Source: Lama guanicoe (Eukaryota). Taken from it: a DNA stretch of 60,000 bases. A program made the translations under genes and the position numbers. Positions 35,794-48,896 of the stretch are shown piece by piece. Within the stretch, counting starts at the first letter, position 1. Every line of letters starts with the position of its first letter. The DNA lies in the NCBI GenBank assembly GCA_013239625.1, contig MU053431.1, positions 2,384,485 through 2,444,484 of the forward strand, read 5' to 3'. A model generated the notes under the pieces. The model was not told where the DNA came from. It saw only the letters and a list, made by a program, of their open reading frames with translations, and searched no databases.

Positions 35794-38700
35794 GTGAGGA
35801 GGGGGACACAGCCTGTATGACCTCCCAGGGCCGAGCGTGGGGGCCCTGGCCTGCTGGCTCTCGCCCCTGGTGCTCTGGGGCGGTTGTGTCCCACTCACCA
35901 GGTGGGGCGGGAGCTGGGTGCGTATCCTAACTGGACCTCTGTTGGAGCATGGGCAGGAGAGCTCCCGCTGTGGGGCTGCTGGCCAGGCAGGCCCCACCCT
36001 CCCCTCACGGGGTGTTCCCAGGGCTCCAACTGTGCAAACAGCCTGGTTTATGCTGAGCGTGTGCTCCCTTCCGGGAGTCTGGGATTTGGGTGCCTGCCGG
36101 ACAGGGCGCCGGCGGGAGTGACCCCCCAGTGTACCCTGGGCGCTGGGTCTCTGGAGAGCACGTCCCGCATGTCACAGCTTGTTCGGGGGTGGCAGCTGGG
36201 GAGTGGAAGCTCCTGCACGTGCTCACCCCCTCGGGGCCCGTGCGGCGCATCTCAGCGTGGGGGGACGCTGGCAGCCTCTCTAGCTTCTGCTGCCGTTGGG
36301 AGGACAGCCTCACCCAAAAGCAGGTGGGAGTGACAAGCACACGGCTCGTGACAGCGGCAGGCCCTGGCATGGCACAGCTGTGTGGGTGCCCACAGCCCTG
36401 TGACGGGGACACCCTGTCTCCTGTCACTGCCTTTCCTGGAGCCCAGAGTGGAGGGTTTACTGCTGGTGCCCTTGCCTCCAAAGTTCTGCTCTTCTGGCTT
36501 GTGGCTGCCTCTCCTGGGTGGAGCCGGAGGCAGCGGCAGGGATGCCCGTCTGTGGTGCAGCTGCTGCAGGTTCCCGTCTGCAGAACGAGCTCTGTGGCCT
36601 GGGGTCCCACTTCTGTGGGATTGGGGTTCCCTCTGTTTCCTGCTGCAGGGTTGGGACTCAGACCTGAGGTGACAGGGCCCCAGGACACTCCCACTGGTGG
36701 GGTTTGGCGTGCCCACTGTGCTGGGTGGAGCGTCAGGGCGGCACTGTGTTCCCAGAGGCCTGAGCGGGGGGTCCCCGTGTGAGGCACCCCTGTGCCCTGC
36801 TCCTTGTAGAGGTGGGTGGGGTGTATACCTGAGGCGAGCCCGGTCTTGGCTGGCTGTGGGGTCCACGTCTCCTGTGCGGCTCAGCCTCTGGGGCGAGGAC
36901 CCAGGGGCTCGGGCTTGTTCCTCAGCACCTTCCCATTTGCTGCCTGCCTTGATCTGCTGGCACTGAGGACCCTTGGGACCGCGGGGAAGTGTGAAGGTGA
37001 GGGTGGCCCCCAGCAGCTGGCCCTGGCCCCAGCCCCGGGCCAGAGGTTGCAGGCCGCCGGCTCTGCTGCCTCCACAGGCGCCAGGCCTGCAGGCATCCAG
37101 GCTCCCCAGCCCCGAGCCGGAGATTGCAGGCTGCCGGCTCTGCTGCCTCCACTGGTGCCAGGTCTGCAGGGGTCCCGGCTCCCACAGGCTCCTTTCTCTT
37201 CTTGTTCCCCTGCTCAGCCTTCTGCCCTCAGTCCTGCCTGTGGTGCTTGGAAGGGAGGCGCCCCGTCTCCCTGGGACTGCCTGCTCACTGCAGAGGGGGT
37301 TTCAGATGTCCCGCTGGCCAGAGGCCAGAGCCTTTTGGGTCAGAACCACTCTGGCCATGTTTCTACAGCAACTTGGGAGTCAGCTTGTCCACTCTGCTGG
37401 GCCAGCCCTCACCTGCAGGGCCCCCCACCTGCAGCACCCCTCACCTCACCTGGGGAGCCCTGAGCATGGGGGAGGGGAACAGGAGGCCAGAGGAGAGGGT
37501 GGGAGCTGGGGGGAGCTTTCGGCCCACAGTGGAGGCACTCCTGGAGCTGATGGGTGCTGGCCCCCTGGGCTGCATACCGGGTCCCCACTGCTCCAGGCCC
37601 TGCATGGCAGAGCAGGGGCTGTCCCAGCTGGCCTGCTGGCTCTGGCCTCCCTGGTCCCCAACCCACCTGCTCTGCTCCAGCTCCCGCTACCCAGTCATTG
37701 GCAGTGGGGAGGGTGGTGTCCACTCACCGTAAGCTAGCACATCCTTGCTCTGTTGAGCCTCTTTTGCCAGCTGAGCCGCGGGATGTGAGGGGAGTCCCCA
37801 GCAGATGCTCAGGACTTGGAGAGGGGAGAAGTGGGCAGAGACCCCAGGAGGGGTCTGAGGAGGGGAGACATGCGTGTGCGTCTGTGCCCTAGAGTCAGCC
37901 CTGGTTGGGGCCCCTCACCCCTTCCTCCCTGGCCCCTCCTCCTCACCCCCTCCTCTTCTTCTCAACCCCCCGCCCCCCAGGTTACTGAGCTCTGGGGCTG
38001 GCCTGTGCAGAGCCTGCCGATTGGCTGGTCTGTTGCTGTGGTGCTGCCGTGGGGATGGCTCCTCTTCCTTCCCTCGCCTGCTGTCTCTGGGGCGCTGCAG
38101 GCTTGGGCTTGGGTCACCCTGAGGGCCCGTGTATTCTGGTCTGTGCAGTTTCAAGCTGGGCCTGGTTCCAGCCCCGGTGGAGCTGGAGCTGGGGGACGTG
38201 TCCACAAGGAGCTACCCTGAGGCTCTCTGGGTGCTTGTTAGAGTAGACCTTTGGTCCTGTCTGCTGGGACCAGGCCCTGGGGTCCCTGGGTTAAAGCAGT
38301 TCCCTCTCAAGGCCCTTCTTTCCCTGGGCTGTGGCCAGCAGGGAGTCAGGGCTGCCATCCTGAGGGAAGGGTCCTGGGGCTGTTGGGCTCCTCCCCTCCC
38401 ACCTGCCTCAGTCTGCAGCCCCTGCAGTGTCAGCGTGGGCAGTGACAGCTCTGTGTCCTCTCCTGCCTCCGCAGCCTGGCTCCTCCATGTGGTGGGGAAA
38501 GTGGAGCAGGAGGAGGGGACTTGCTGCCAGACTGAAGCCCCCAGGGCTTGTGGGAGTCGCCTGTCCTTGAGAGCGTCTGCGGTGGCTGTGACAGGCTGAG
38601 GGCTGCCCTGTCTTGGGGGCCCTCCTGTTGGTGCTTAGCCTCAGGCCAGTGGCCACCTTCTGAGGTGCAGAGCAGGGCTCCCTTGGGCTGTGCTCTAGGC

Positions 38701-38901
38701 CTGGGGCCCTCCCCAGGGGACCCTGAGACCCATGGGCAGGGATTCTCTCTGGTGAGTCCCCAGGGGTCTGAGTGCCCCCCTCACCTGCCCCACGGGAGGG
38801 TCGTGGGTGGCTGCACCCACTGCCTGCTAGCAGGAGCTGTTCATCCTGGGTGCCTCTTGGGGTCTGGAGGACTTGATGTTTACTCCTGCCCGCCTCCCCA
38901 G

Positions 38902-38977
38902 AGAAGAGCCTGGAGCAGGAGCTGGCCACCCCCATCCTGGACATCGAGGACCTGGTCAAGAGTGGACAGAGACACAA
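38902..38977 (+). CDS. RTEL1: RTEL1 exon 7 ([21 protein letters not shown]...)
   Basis: DIEDLV motif; AG/GT boundaries. Confidence 0.97.
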
Positions 38978-39471
38978 GTAAGGGCCCCGGCTGCGTGCTC
39001 CCTCCACAGGCAGGGCGCGTGCATGCTTTCCTTTCCTTTTTCCTTTTCACATCACGAAACTAACAGTTGTGCGGTATGAAATGTGAGCAGCTGAGAGAAC
39101 TCTCAAGTAAGAAGCATGGCCTTCAGCCCAACCCGCGTGTGGCCTGGTGGGACCCACCTGGCCAGCCTTGTCACCTGCCAGCAGGGCCTCATGCCTGCCC
39201 CCCCAGTACAAGCTCCCTGACCTCGCCCTTCCTGATATCTGCTGCTGACCTTAGCTTCAGGGCTCAAGTCGTGATCAGATGGGGCTGCCTCGCTGACCTG
39301 CCCAGGACCAGGGGTGGGTCTTTTTGTTTTTGTGGATTTTTAAACCAGTGATCCACTCACAGGGTTGAAAGCTCGTGGTGTGAAGTGCCTCACAGCGAGC
39401 CCTCCACTGTCCCCTGTCTGGGCCCCGCGGGAGCCCCCAGCCCCACAGCACCTACCCCATCCCCCCTGCAG

Positions 39472-39556
39472 GCTGTGCCCGTACTACCTCTCCCGGAGCC
39501 TGGCGCAGCAGGCCGACGTCATCTTCATGCCGTACAACTACTTGCTGGACGCCAAG
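39472..39556 (+). CDS. RTEL1: RTEL1 exon 8 (LCPYYLSR...[11 protein letters not shown])
   Basis: CPYY and PYNYL motifs; AG/GT boundaries. Confidence 0.97.
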
Positions 39557-40189
39557 GTGAGGGCTCAGCCTGTGTCCCTGAGGCCCCTGACAGCAGGGGC
39601 ATCCCTGTCAGACCCCTGCCGGTTCAGTTCCTGGGATTAGACTCCTGCTTGGAGCAGCAGGCTGGTGCCAGTGGACCGGGTCCCCCTCACTGCTTAGGGC
39701 TCAGTTGACGACCAGCCTGGGGCTGTGGCTCTTCTGCGCCATCTGGGGGCGTGGGCTGGCAGGGTTGGGAGACCCCCTTGTCCTGCTGTTGGCGTCTCTC
39801 CAGTTGGACGCCCAGGAGCGTCCAGCCCTAACGCTGGCTTTAAGACTCCCGTGTGCGCAGTCTCTGTTTCAGCTGTGCTCGTGGTGGAGCACTGCGGGTG
39901 GCCTCCTGTCTGGGCCTCTTGCTCACGCGCTGTCCCACAGTAGATGTCAGTGGAGAGCCCGCCGAGCTGGGATGCAGGGCTGAATCAGCCAGCATCTTTG
40001 AGTGCGGCTGTGCTCGGGTGATGGGGTAGGGGTGAGATGTGCGGCCGCGGACAGGACGCCTTGGAGCAGCGGCTGACACGGGACGCAGTGCGTGTGAGCG
40101 TGGGCACGAGGTGAGGTGGCCCAGACTCGCACCTGGAGAGCTTGCAGGTTTGCCCAGGATTTGCATGTGATTCTCACAAAGTGGTGCTT

Positions 40190-41345
40190 TCAGCCTGGCT
40201 GCCTGGCCCGGGCCCCACCTCAGAACAGTTCTGTCACAGCTGATGAGCTGGTTCCAGAACTCGTGTGGAAACCAGAGATCAGACAGAGCAGGATGGTCTT
40301 GACAGAGGACAGGGCGGCTCACGCTTCTGACCGCAGGGCTCATTGTGGAGCAGGATGCTGGCGGGGATCGCAGGGTGGCGTCCAAGATAGACCCACACGT
40401 GTGGCAGCTGGCATTTGACAAAGTTGCCTGGGTAGTTCAGTGGGGCAAGGGAAGGTGGGTTTTTGTGGGGTTTTTTTTCCAGAAATGGTGCCGGAATAGC
40501 TGGACACCTATTTGGGAAAGAATGAATCTCAGCTGATGCTTCATGCAGTTTAAACCTAAATGTCAAAGTTTGAGCCTTCAAAGCCCCAGGAGGAAGCACG
40601 GGGGGTTGTTGTGATTTGGGGGCAGTGGAGACCTTTCAGCGTAGACACACAAGGCACCAGCAGTGGGGACAAACCTGATGAGTTGGTCTTTGCCACCACT
40701 TAAAGCTTGGCCTCTGAAAGGATCAGGAAGTCTAAGGGTTAAATGTGTGCTCAGAGGGAGAGGTACCCCCGCTACACCTGTGTGCCTCTGACCGCACCCA
40801 TGGGGCGTTCGGGCCGATTCCTGGTACTCAGCCCCGCCAGCGCTGGGAAAGGCCAGACAGACCTTCCACCCGAGAGACAGTGGGGTGGCCAATCAGCCTG
40901 TGCCTAGAAGACGTTCCTCATGGCCGGTTTTGAGGAGATGCAGGTTAGGACCTCAGGCCGTGACGTGCACACTGAAATGGCTCAGACTACAGAGACTTGA
41001 GATGACTGGTGTCGGGCGGGACCTGGGGCACTGAATCTCAGGACATGACCGGGAGCACAGCCACGGCAGAGCCTCGCATGGCCAGCTCTTCAGAGCTCCC
41101 TGCGTCACCAGAGCCTGGACAGCCCCGACTGTTAGCGGGTGGTGTCCCTCGTGTCCCATGGGCAGGGTAAGGGGGCCCTGCCGCTACGTGCAGCCACCCA
41201 CCTGGGTCAGAACGCTCACCCAGAGCAGTCCCAGTGGCTGGTGTGTTGTGTGTCCTGCTTTGGGTGGCGGCCACAGGGTGCCCACTCTTGTCAAAACTCA
41301 ACTGCACACGTAAAGTGGGCAATCATACGAAAAATAAGCTTCCAG
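40190..41345 (+). mobile_element. Ancient L1 ORF2 end and 3'UTR relic in RTEL1 intron 8
   Basis: atttgacaaagttgcc...aaatggtgccggaatagctggaca...aaacctaaatgtcaaag; ttgtcaaaactca. Confidence 0.6.
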
Positions 41346-41638
41346 TTAAGTCAGTGGAGAGAAACTCTGATGCCAGACCCCACCCAGGTCGTTTCCGTGA
41401 CCCTTGGGGGTTTAGAAATCCCTCACAAGCTGGGCTGGGTCTCCTCCTCCACCCTGTGGCTGCGTGTTGTGGTTGGGGTCACAGGACTGCTCCCTGTGCA
41501 GTGAGTGTCGCTAGGACGGACACCACCAGCTCAGCGGGGTGGGAGCAGTGCCCACAGCCCATCCAGCTGACGCCCCAGCAGGAGGTGTGAGGGTTGGGCC
41601 ATGAGGGCAGGGCTCCACTGTCACCCCACTTGCTGTAG

Positions 41639-41806
<168 letters not shown>

Positions 41807-42319
41807 TGAGCACACCTGGGCCAGGTGAGCTGGCTAGCCTATGCCCACATCTCGCAGGACCCCTGGGCCCCTCCTGCCTGCCACTCCTCTTCCCTTTGTC
41901 CCTGGTGACCTCCTCCCCGCCCCTCTCTCCACCTGCTCCCTGCAGCCTCTGTCAGGCCCAGGAGCTCCATCTGCGGGAATGCTTGGCCTTGACCAGGGCA
42001 CTGGAGGGAGGCCCCTTGGGGAGCCTACGTCCTGGGACAGAGATGGCCACCCTCAGCCCCCTTGGTTCCAGGCTCTTGTTGCCCCGGGGGCCAGATCTGA
42101 CCTTCGAGAGGCGCTAAAAGCCAGGGTTTCGCGGGAAATTTCCTAGTTGTAAAACGTTGCAGCTCAAGGAAAACTGTCTTCAAACACTGGACGAGACATC
42201 CGTCTCTGGAGCAGTGTGAGACCAGGGCTTGGGGGGCTCCCTGCACCCCACCCCACATCTGCCTCCCAGGCCCTGACCCCACGCTGTGCTGCCATGACGT
42301 GGCGTGCTTGGGGTCGCAG

Positions 42320-42473
42320 GAGAAGATGTGCGAGGAGGCCGCGTCATTTGACCTGACGCCCCATGACTTGGCCTCGGGACTGGACGTCATAGACCAGGTG
42401 TTGGAGGAGCAGACCCGGGTGGCGCAGCAGGGCGAGCTGCACCTGGAGCTTGGCGCCAGCTCCACCAGCGCAG
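42320..42473 (+). CDS. RTEL1: RTEL1 exon 10 ([17 protein letters not shown]...)
   Basis: Homology and AG/GT boundaries. Confidence 0.97.
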
Positions 42474-43254
42474 GTAAGCTCGCTGGGGCTGCAGACAGGC
42501 GGGCGGGGCCCGGGCCCTTCTTTCACGTTGGTTTCTGGGGACAGTGTCAGCTTCTGTGAGAGGCTTGTTGGCCTCATGCACCGGGGGTGGGCTCCGCCCC
42601 GCTGCTCAGCGTTTTCTCCTGTCCTTTCCACTGTTCCCCTGCTGGTTGGACTTGGCATCTACTGCGTGAGGGGGAAAACCAAGCGTATTAGCTGTAAAGA
42701 CATCTTACAACCTGTGAGCATCGTCCACACAAAACTTGCTCCTGTCAGAGTCCTGGCCAGCATGTTCCTCATGCGGCGGTGACCGCAGTGTGGGTGGCAC
42801 TCGATGGACGTGGCTGGTTAGTCTGGACTCTCTGTGCAGCTGGCATCGGTGGCTGACGAGGAGTCCAGGCTACTCTGTAGCAAGTGTTTCCGCTGCTTGG
42901 CTGCTGCAGGCTTTTAGCATTTGTGTCTTGCTCTGCGAGCGGCTCACGTGAGCGTGCGGCCAGGCGTGAGTGGCCGCCTGGAGCCCCCAGCCCCACTCCT
43001 GGCCGGGCTGCGGGGAGCAGAGGCCCCCTCACTGGGCGCCTGCTCCCGCCCGCTCTGCGAGGCGCTTGCGGGCTGCCCTGGTGGAAGGAGGTCAGGACCT
43101 CCGTGTTCTTAGACTTTACGTTCTTAAAACTTACTGAACTTTGTCTGTGTGAGTCGTATCTGTCGAGAATTACTGTGTTAGAAATGAGAGCTGAGAAACT
43201 TCTGAAGCTTTATTCACTCACTTAAGTGACAAACTGTTACATGTTATGTCTGCA

Positions 43255-43620
43255 AGAAAGTACCCTATACAGGGAGGCTTCAAACAGGCAGAAATGCATC
43301 CTCCCCGCCGCGGGGCCAGGCGCCCACGTGTGGTGTCGGGGTCCGCAGGGCGGCTCCCGTGGCAGCTCTGCGGGCTCTTCCCCTGCATGTCACCCCAGCC
43401 TCCGCCCCCTCGTCGCAGGGCGTCCTCCCCAGGGGCCGGGGCCCGGGGCCCAGACACCCTGTTCTCGTGGGGACACCTGTGACTGGATCAGGGCCCAGCC
43501 CAGTTCATGGGGCCTCGTCCTAACTGATCACCCTGCTTCCAAACGAGGTCACATTCACAGGGATCAGGGTTTAGGATTTGAGCGTGTCTTTCAGGAGGGC
43601 ACGACTCAATCCGTAACGTA
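43255..43620 (-). mobile_element. MLT1 LTR relic
   Basis: ggcttcaaacaggcagaaatg...ccctgcttccaaacgaggtcacattcacagg...ggcacgactcaatccgtaac. Confidence 0.65.
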
Positions 43621-43849
43621 TCAGCATAAACAACGTTTCTGTTGAACTGTTTTAGAAATCGTAAGCGTGGCACTGCTCGGTTTTGTGTTTCTTTGCCATC
43701 TGGCCCAGTGACAGACGGTTGGGTCTCGTAACTGCTTTCTGCGTTTGTGCCGACACGATCCCGCGCGGCATGTGCGTGTGCACTCGTGCGGCTGCTGAGA
43801 GAAGGGACACAGGTGAGCTTTTAAGGCAGCACAGGTGTCTCCTCTCTGG

Positions 43850-44125
43850 GTCCTCAGCCGCCCAGGCAGGCCAGCGGTGCTGGGCCCTTCCGAGGCTCCG
43901 GGGTCTCTTCCCTGGCCTGCCTCTGCTTCTTCCTCATGTCTCCTCTGACTCTGACCTGCCACCCCCTGGTAAGGGCCCTGCCGTTCCGTTATCCGGGGCC
44001 ACCTCCCCAGCTCAGGGTCCTTAACATCGTCACGCCTGCAAAGTCTGTTTTGCTGTGAAGGCAACATATTCGCGGGTTCCGGGGATTGGGACATGGGTGC
44101 ATTTGGGGGCTGTTGTCAGCCTGTG
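43850..44125 (-). mobile_element. MLT1 LTR relic
   Basis: gtccttaacatcgtcacgcctgcaaagtctgttttgctgtgaaggcaacatattc...ggggattgggacatgg. Confidence 0.65.
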
Positions 44126-44329
44126 GGAAACTGCACCGTGTGTGTGTTCACGGGGCAGGGGAGGAGGCACGCGGTCTGTTGGTGGTGGTGGCAGCACAGC
44201 GAGGACTGGCCGCAGCCCTCCTGACCGGCTCTCGGGCTCGAGCCCCTGGGCCACGCCTGACGCACTGCCGGCCAGGCGGGAGCCTGCCTGTCCCTGGCGG
44301 GGCTTGGCCGCTGCGCCCTGCTGCTCGGG

Positions 44330-47260
44330 AGTCCTTGTCTGGACGAGAGCTCTGTACTTTACCATGTTGACCTGTGACACAAAGTTCTAAATCTCTGTTT
44401 TCAACTCCGAATGTGTGTGTCTGAGTCACAGGTGAGTGTTTCTGCGGGGAGTTGTCTAGACGTAGATTACCTGGTTGACTCCTTTTTTTTCTTTCTGAAG
44501 TCCGGTCGTTTTGCTGCAGTTTGTCAGCGTTGAGTTTCTGGATCGATGCTGTCCAGGGCCTGCTGAGCTCTTTCAGTTGTTGTTCAAGTCTCTTTCTGCT
44601 GGGACGCTGTCCTGCAGGCAGAGCCCAGGGCCGGCCCCCTCGTCTCTCCTGCCTGAGGCCACAGCCTGCCACTCCCTGGAACCCTTCTGTCTCCAGTTTT
44701 CTTTGACTTACAGTTCCCGCCTTCCCTCTTGTTTCTCTGAAGACAGTGTGGCATGTGTCTATTTCTGTGTTCCTTTTAACTGAACCTTCATTTTTGAAGT
44801 ATGTTTTTCTCCTAATTGTGTTTGGGTTCTGTACTTCACTGCTGACCTTCAGAAAACTTGACTTGTTTCTTGTCTCACGTCTTGTCAGACGTCAGCGTTT
44901 TCTGTTTCAGATAATTTGCGGGAACTCCTAGTCCTCTTCCCTCCAGACCTATTTGCCCGGCGTCCTGAGTAGAAGTTTCCTCTCTCTGTGTCTTGAGGGC
45001 AGTGCAGACCTGGCACCTTTACTTTGTCTTAGTGTGCGTTTCCCGAGAACAAGGATGTCCTCATGTGACCGTAGTGCAGTCACCCGATCAAGAAACCAGC
45101 GTCCATAATTTTCCCCACTGTCCTCAGGTGGAGCCGAAGCAGCGCACTGGACACTGTGGTCCAGGCCGCGCGGCCACATCCTGGGGTCTCCGGCCTTCAC
45201 CTGTCAGTGTCTCAGCTGCCGTCTCCCGGCCCACGCATTTGTGAAGAGGAGGGTCAGTTACTTTGTTTACTGTCCTGCAGCGTGGACTTGTCTGACGTGT
45301 CCTTGTGGCTCGACTCAGGTTATGCATTTTTGGGGGCTCCCGCCGAAGCCCCTGGTCTCGCAGGCACCACGGGCCCGTCCTCACGTTTCTGGTGGCGCTG
45401 ATTCTGATCGCTGGCTTCAGGGCAGTTGTGGTGTTTCCGCAGTGAAGTTGCTGTTTTTCCATTCGTCACTCAGAAGTAACCTGCGGCACGATTCGTGGTC
45501 CGTCCCGGAATTGAGGATGTCCACAAGGTCTGCGGACGTGGGCGTCCCACCCCGTGCTGGCCGTCAGAGCCGGGATCCCGCCGTGCGGAGGCCTTGGCTC
45601 ACCAGCGTCACAGCCACGGCCCGGTCTGGTCCAGAACCAGCAGTTCTTTCTCCTGTTCTCGCTTCCGCACTTGTGGCCTGTGTGTGGTGGTGAGGGAGGC
45701 AGCTTCCGTCCCTCAGGACTTTGCTCGCCCGTTGGACCCCAGTGCTGTGGACGCTGCTCAGCCCGCCCGGCCGCCCCGGTGGAGGTCTGCTTGCTGGGCT
45801 CGGGGGTCTGGGAGCGCGGAGTCTCTGGGGCTGTCCCGGCCCTGGTTACGCCACGCATCGCAGGCCCGTTTGTTCATGTGCGTCTCTCATTTCTTATTCC
45901 ATCTGTCTCCATTTATGTTGATTTTTTGATTATTTATTGACTTATTTTTTTGAGTATTTGAAACACGAGCATGGTCTCTAGTCCAAGTCACAGTTTACTC
46001 AACAGAAATGTCTTGTTCGTTTCTGGTTTATCCTTTCTTTGATTTTTTTTTTTTTTTTGGTTTTCACAAGAAGCAGCAGATGTAGGTGTATTTCCTTCGC
46101 TTGTCTTTCTCCCGCATAAAGGACCTACTGTGTTTGGTGGACACTGCACTTTCCAGAGACTTGCCGACTCCCTCCTGCAGGTCTCCGTGTCTGTTCGGCC
46201 GTCGGTGTGGCCTTTAGGTTGTTTCCAGTGCTTTGCAGATACAGACAGTGCTGTCTTGTGTCCTTTTGTCTTGTTCAAAGGTTCCTTCAGGGTCAGTTCC
46301 AGGAGGCAGGATGCCGGTCCAGTCAGGCCTCCCGGGCTCTGCGCAGGCAGCTCGGGGGCTAGTGGGCCTGCTGTCCGCCATGATGGCCTCGCCAGCAGAG
46401 CGTGGCGTCAGGCCCTTCCATTTTTCCAGCTTGAAGGTGGAAACGGCCTTGGCGCGGTTCTGGGCTGCTTTTCTCTTGGGGGGACTGATGCTGACCGCTT
46501 CCTCGGGTGCTCCAGGACCACGTGTGTTGCAGCAGCGTCCCCGAGGGGCGCAGAGTGGTCCGGGTCCTGAGCACCCCCTGCTGCCCTTGCTTTGGCCTCC
46601 AGGTCCCCACGGCCGCTCCTGCCCTGACAGTGTCTCAGACTTCCCTTGTTTTTGGCGACCTTGACCCTTTGGAGGGGGAGTGGCCAGGCATGCCGTGGAG
46701 CGGCCTTTCCTTGGGGCTTGCGTGGCGTTTTTCTCGGGATTCACTGAGGCCTGGGGTCGGGAGGAAGGGCTTGACGCCGAGTGCCCTCGTCGTCCCGCCC
46801 GCCGAGCGTCCCTGCTGCCGCAGGCACATGCTGGACCGCGCTCGCCGGCTGAGGTCGCTGTGGCAGGGCCCCTTCCCCACTCCGCCCCTCCGGGGAGGCC
46901 TCCGTGTGGCCCGCACCGAAGGAGCGAGGTTCCGCGCTGGGGTGTTGCCTCCATGGCGCCGAGTGGGGCGCTGGCTCCTCAGAAGCGACGCCAAGGGCAA
47001 AGACGTCAAGGGCGAAGATGGATAAACTGAACTTAACGGACGCGGGCTCTTCCGTGCTTCTGAGGAGCCGGCCCACGGGATGGGAGACGGTTTCTGCAAA
47101 TAGTACCTCTGAGGAGGGGTTTGTAGGTAAATACAGAGCAATTTCTTACAACTCGACAGAAAGACAGCCCAGCCCAATTTAAAAATGGACAAAGGCTAGA
47201 GACAGACCCTCCTTCAAGGATGTACGAGGTGGCCAGTGTGCACATGAAGAAAGGACCCAT
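44330..47260. mobile_element. Patchwork of ancient L1 relics in RTEL1 intron 10
   Basis: T-rich antisense L1 motifs (tttaggttgtttccagtg, gtgaagttgctgtttttcc) and a + strand piece near 46960-47240 (cccaatttaaaaatggacaaagg). Confidence 0.5.
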
Positions 47261-47465
47261 TGGTCCTAAGGAAAATGCAGTCAGAACCAGTTCATGTGCG
47301 CGTCCTCAGGGTCTCTCTGGAGGTGACTGCCACAAGCTCCTGCCGCTTCCAGCTCAGCCCAGGCTGCTAGCATTTCAGAGCCCCTTCCCTTGTCAGAGTC
47401 CTGGTGCCTTAGGACGCGGAGGTGGGCCATAGCATGCAGAGCTGTTGAGCTTTTTCCTCCTCCAG

Positions 47466-47504
47466 GGCTGAACATGGAGCTGGAAGACTTGGCAAAGCTG
47501 AAGA
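47466..47504 (+). CDS. RTEL1: RTEL1 exon 11 (GLNMELEDLAKLK)
   Basis: Homology and AG/GT boundaries. Confidence 0.96.
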
Positions 47505-47587
47505 GTAAGTGCCTGGTCCTGCTGAAGCCCCTCCCCACCGGCCCTGCCCCTCCCTGCTGGCCCCGCCTGACAGCCCCACCCCCACAG

Positions 47588-47666
47588 TGATCCTGCTGCG
47601 CCTGGAGGGGGCCATTGATGCTGTGGAGCTGCCTGGAGGCAACAGCGGCGTCACCAAGCCAGGGAG
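47588..47666 (+). CDS. RTEL1: RTEL1 exon 12 ([25 protein letters not shown])
   Basis: Homology and AG/GT boundaries. Confidence 0.96.
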
Positions 47667-48368
47667 GTGAGGGCCAGGGAGGGGAGGGGCCCTGTCCCTG
47701 CAGCGTTTAGTCCAGCCCTTCATTCGAGGTGCGGTTGCCTCCAGAACAAGGTGCCTACTTCCATGCCACCTTCTGCCAGGACAGAAAGTTTGGTCACACC
47801 GTCACCTCCTTAGGCCGGTAGTTGGCTGGAATGTTCTGAACGTCCTCCAGGCCACAGGATTTGTTTCCTGTAGCAGTGCTGGGACCCAGGCCCAGGTTTG
47901 TCCAGGCGAGAAATGTTCTGGGATGTTCTGGAGCGCTGGGCTGCCTGCCCTCTCTCTCCCTGAGCTCTGTCTGCTCTGCTGTGCTCAGACCCTGGTGGGA
48001 CCCAGAGGAACCAGGAGCCTCCGCCCACCTTCCCCAGGGCCTCTGCAGCAGCCCATGCCCTTCCTCCCAGCTCTTCCCAAAACGGCTCTTTGGGTGCGTT
48101 GCTAAGAGCTGCTGCCGCAGGGAGGCCCTGATGGCCACCTCCCAGCCCCCACCCCTGGCCCTAGCCCAGTCCTTTCTCTGCACCCAGGTCTTGTGCGGGC
48201 TGCTGTCCTACCCACCGGGGCTCCTGCCAGCAGAGGCCTCTCACCTTCACGCCTGGCCCTCCTGGAGGCTCAGAGCTTGTTTCTGAGTGAAGGAAACTTA
48301 AACTGCTGTTGGCTGACTAGGGTGCAGCCTAGTCTCCCGCAGAACCTGAGCTGCCTCTTTCTCTGCAG

Positions 48369-48466
48369 TTACATCTTTGAGCTGTTTGCGGAAGCCCAGA
48401 TAACGTTTCAGTCCAAGGGCTGCATCCTGGACTTCCTGGACCAGATCATCCAGCACCTGGCAGGAC
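48369..48466 (+). CDS. RTEL1: RTEL1 exon 13 ([21 protein letters not shown]...)
   Basis: Homology and AG/GT boundaries. Confidence 0.97.
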
Positions 48467-48840
48467 GTGAGTCCCGAGCCACATGCACTCTGTGGCTGCC
48501 CCCACCGGGTGGGGATGTGGCCCTGGGAACTGCATTTCTGACCTTTCCGAGGCCTTGGCACATTTGGCAGCGAGTGTTCTGTAAAGCAGTCTTCCCCGTC
48601 AGCTCCTTTTTGGAAAGAGCAGTGAGGGACCTTGGTGAGCTGGGGGTCCCACCAGCCTCTCCCACAAACCTCCTGCACCCCGCTTCCACTCAGAGGGTTT
48701 CCACCGGGCAGCTTGTGCCGGCGGGGCCTTGATGTGCTCCTGGGCTCTGCGGGGGCGGCCGGGCGGCCCCAGCCTGGTTTGGCTGGAGCCTCTTTTCTGG
48801 TCCTGAGGGGTGTGGGGTCGTCAGCATGCTGCTTCTACAG

Positions 48841-48896
48841 GTGCAGGGCTGTTCACCAACACGGCAGGATTGCAGAAGCTCGCGGACATCATCCAG
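48841..48896 (+). CDS. RTEL1: RTEL1 exon 14 (AGLFTNTAGLQKLADIIQ)
   Basis: Homology and AG/GT boundaries. Confidence 0.96.

Noticed and set aside
36005..37737. Several 200-260 aa ORFs in RTEL1 intron 6
   Set aside because: Overlapping on both strands, Pro/Gly/Ala-rich, no domain; expected in high-GC DNA.
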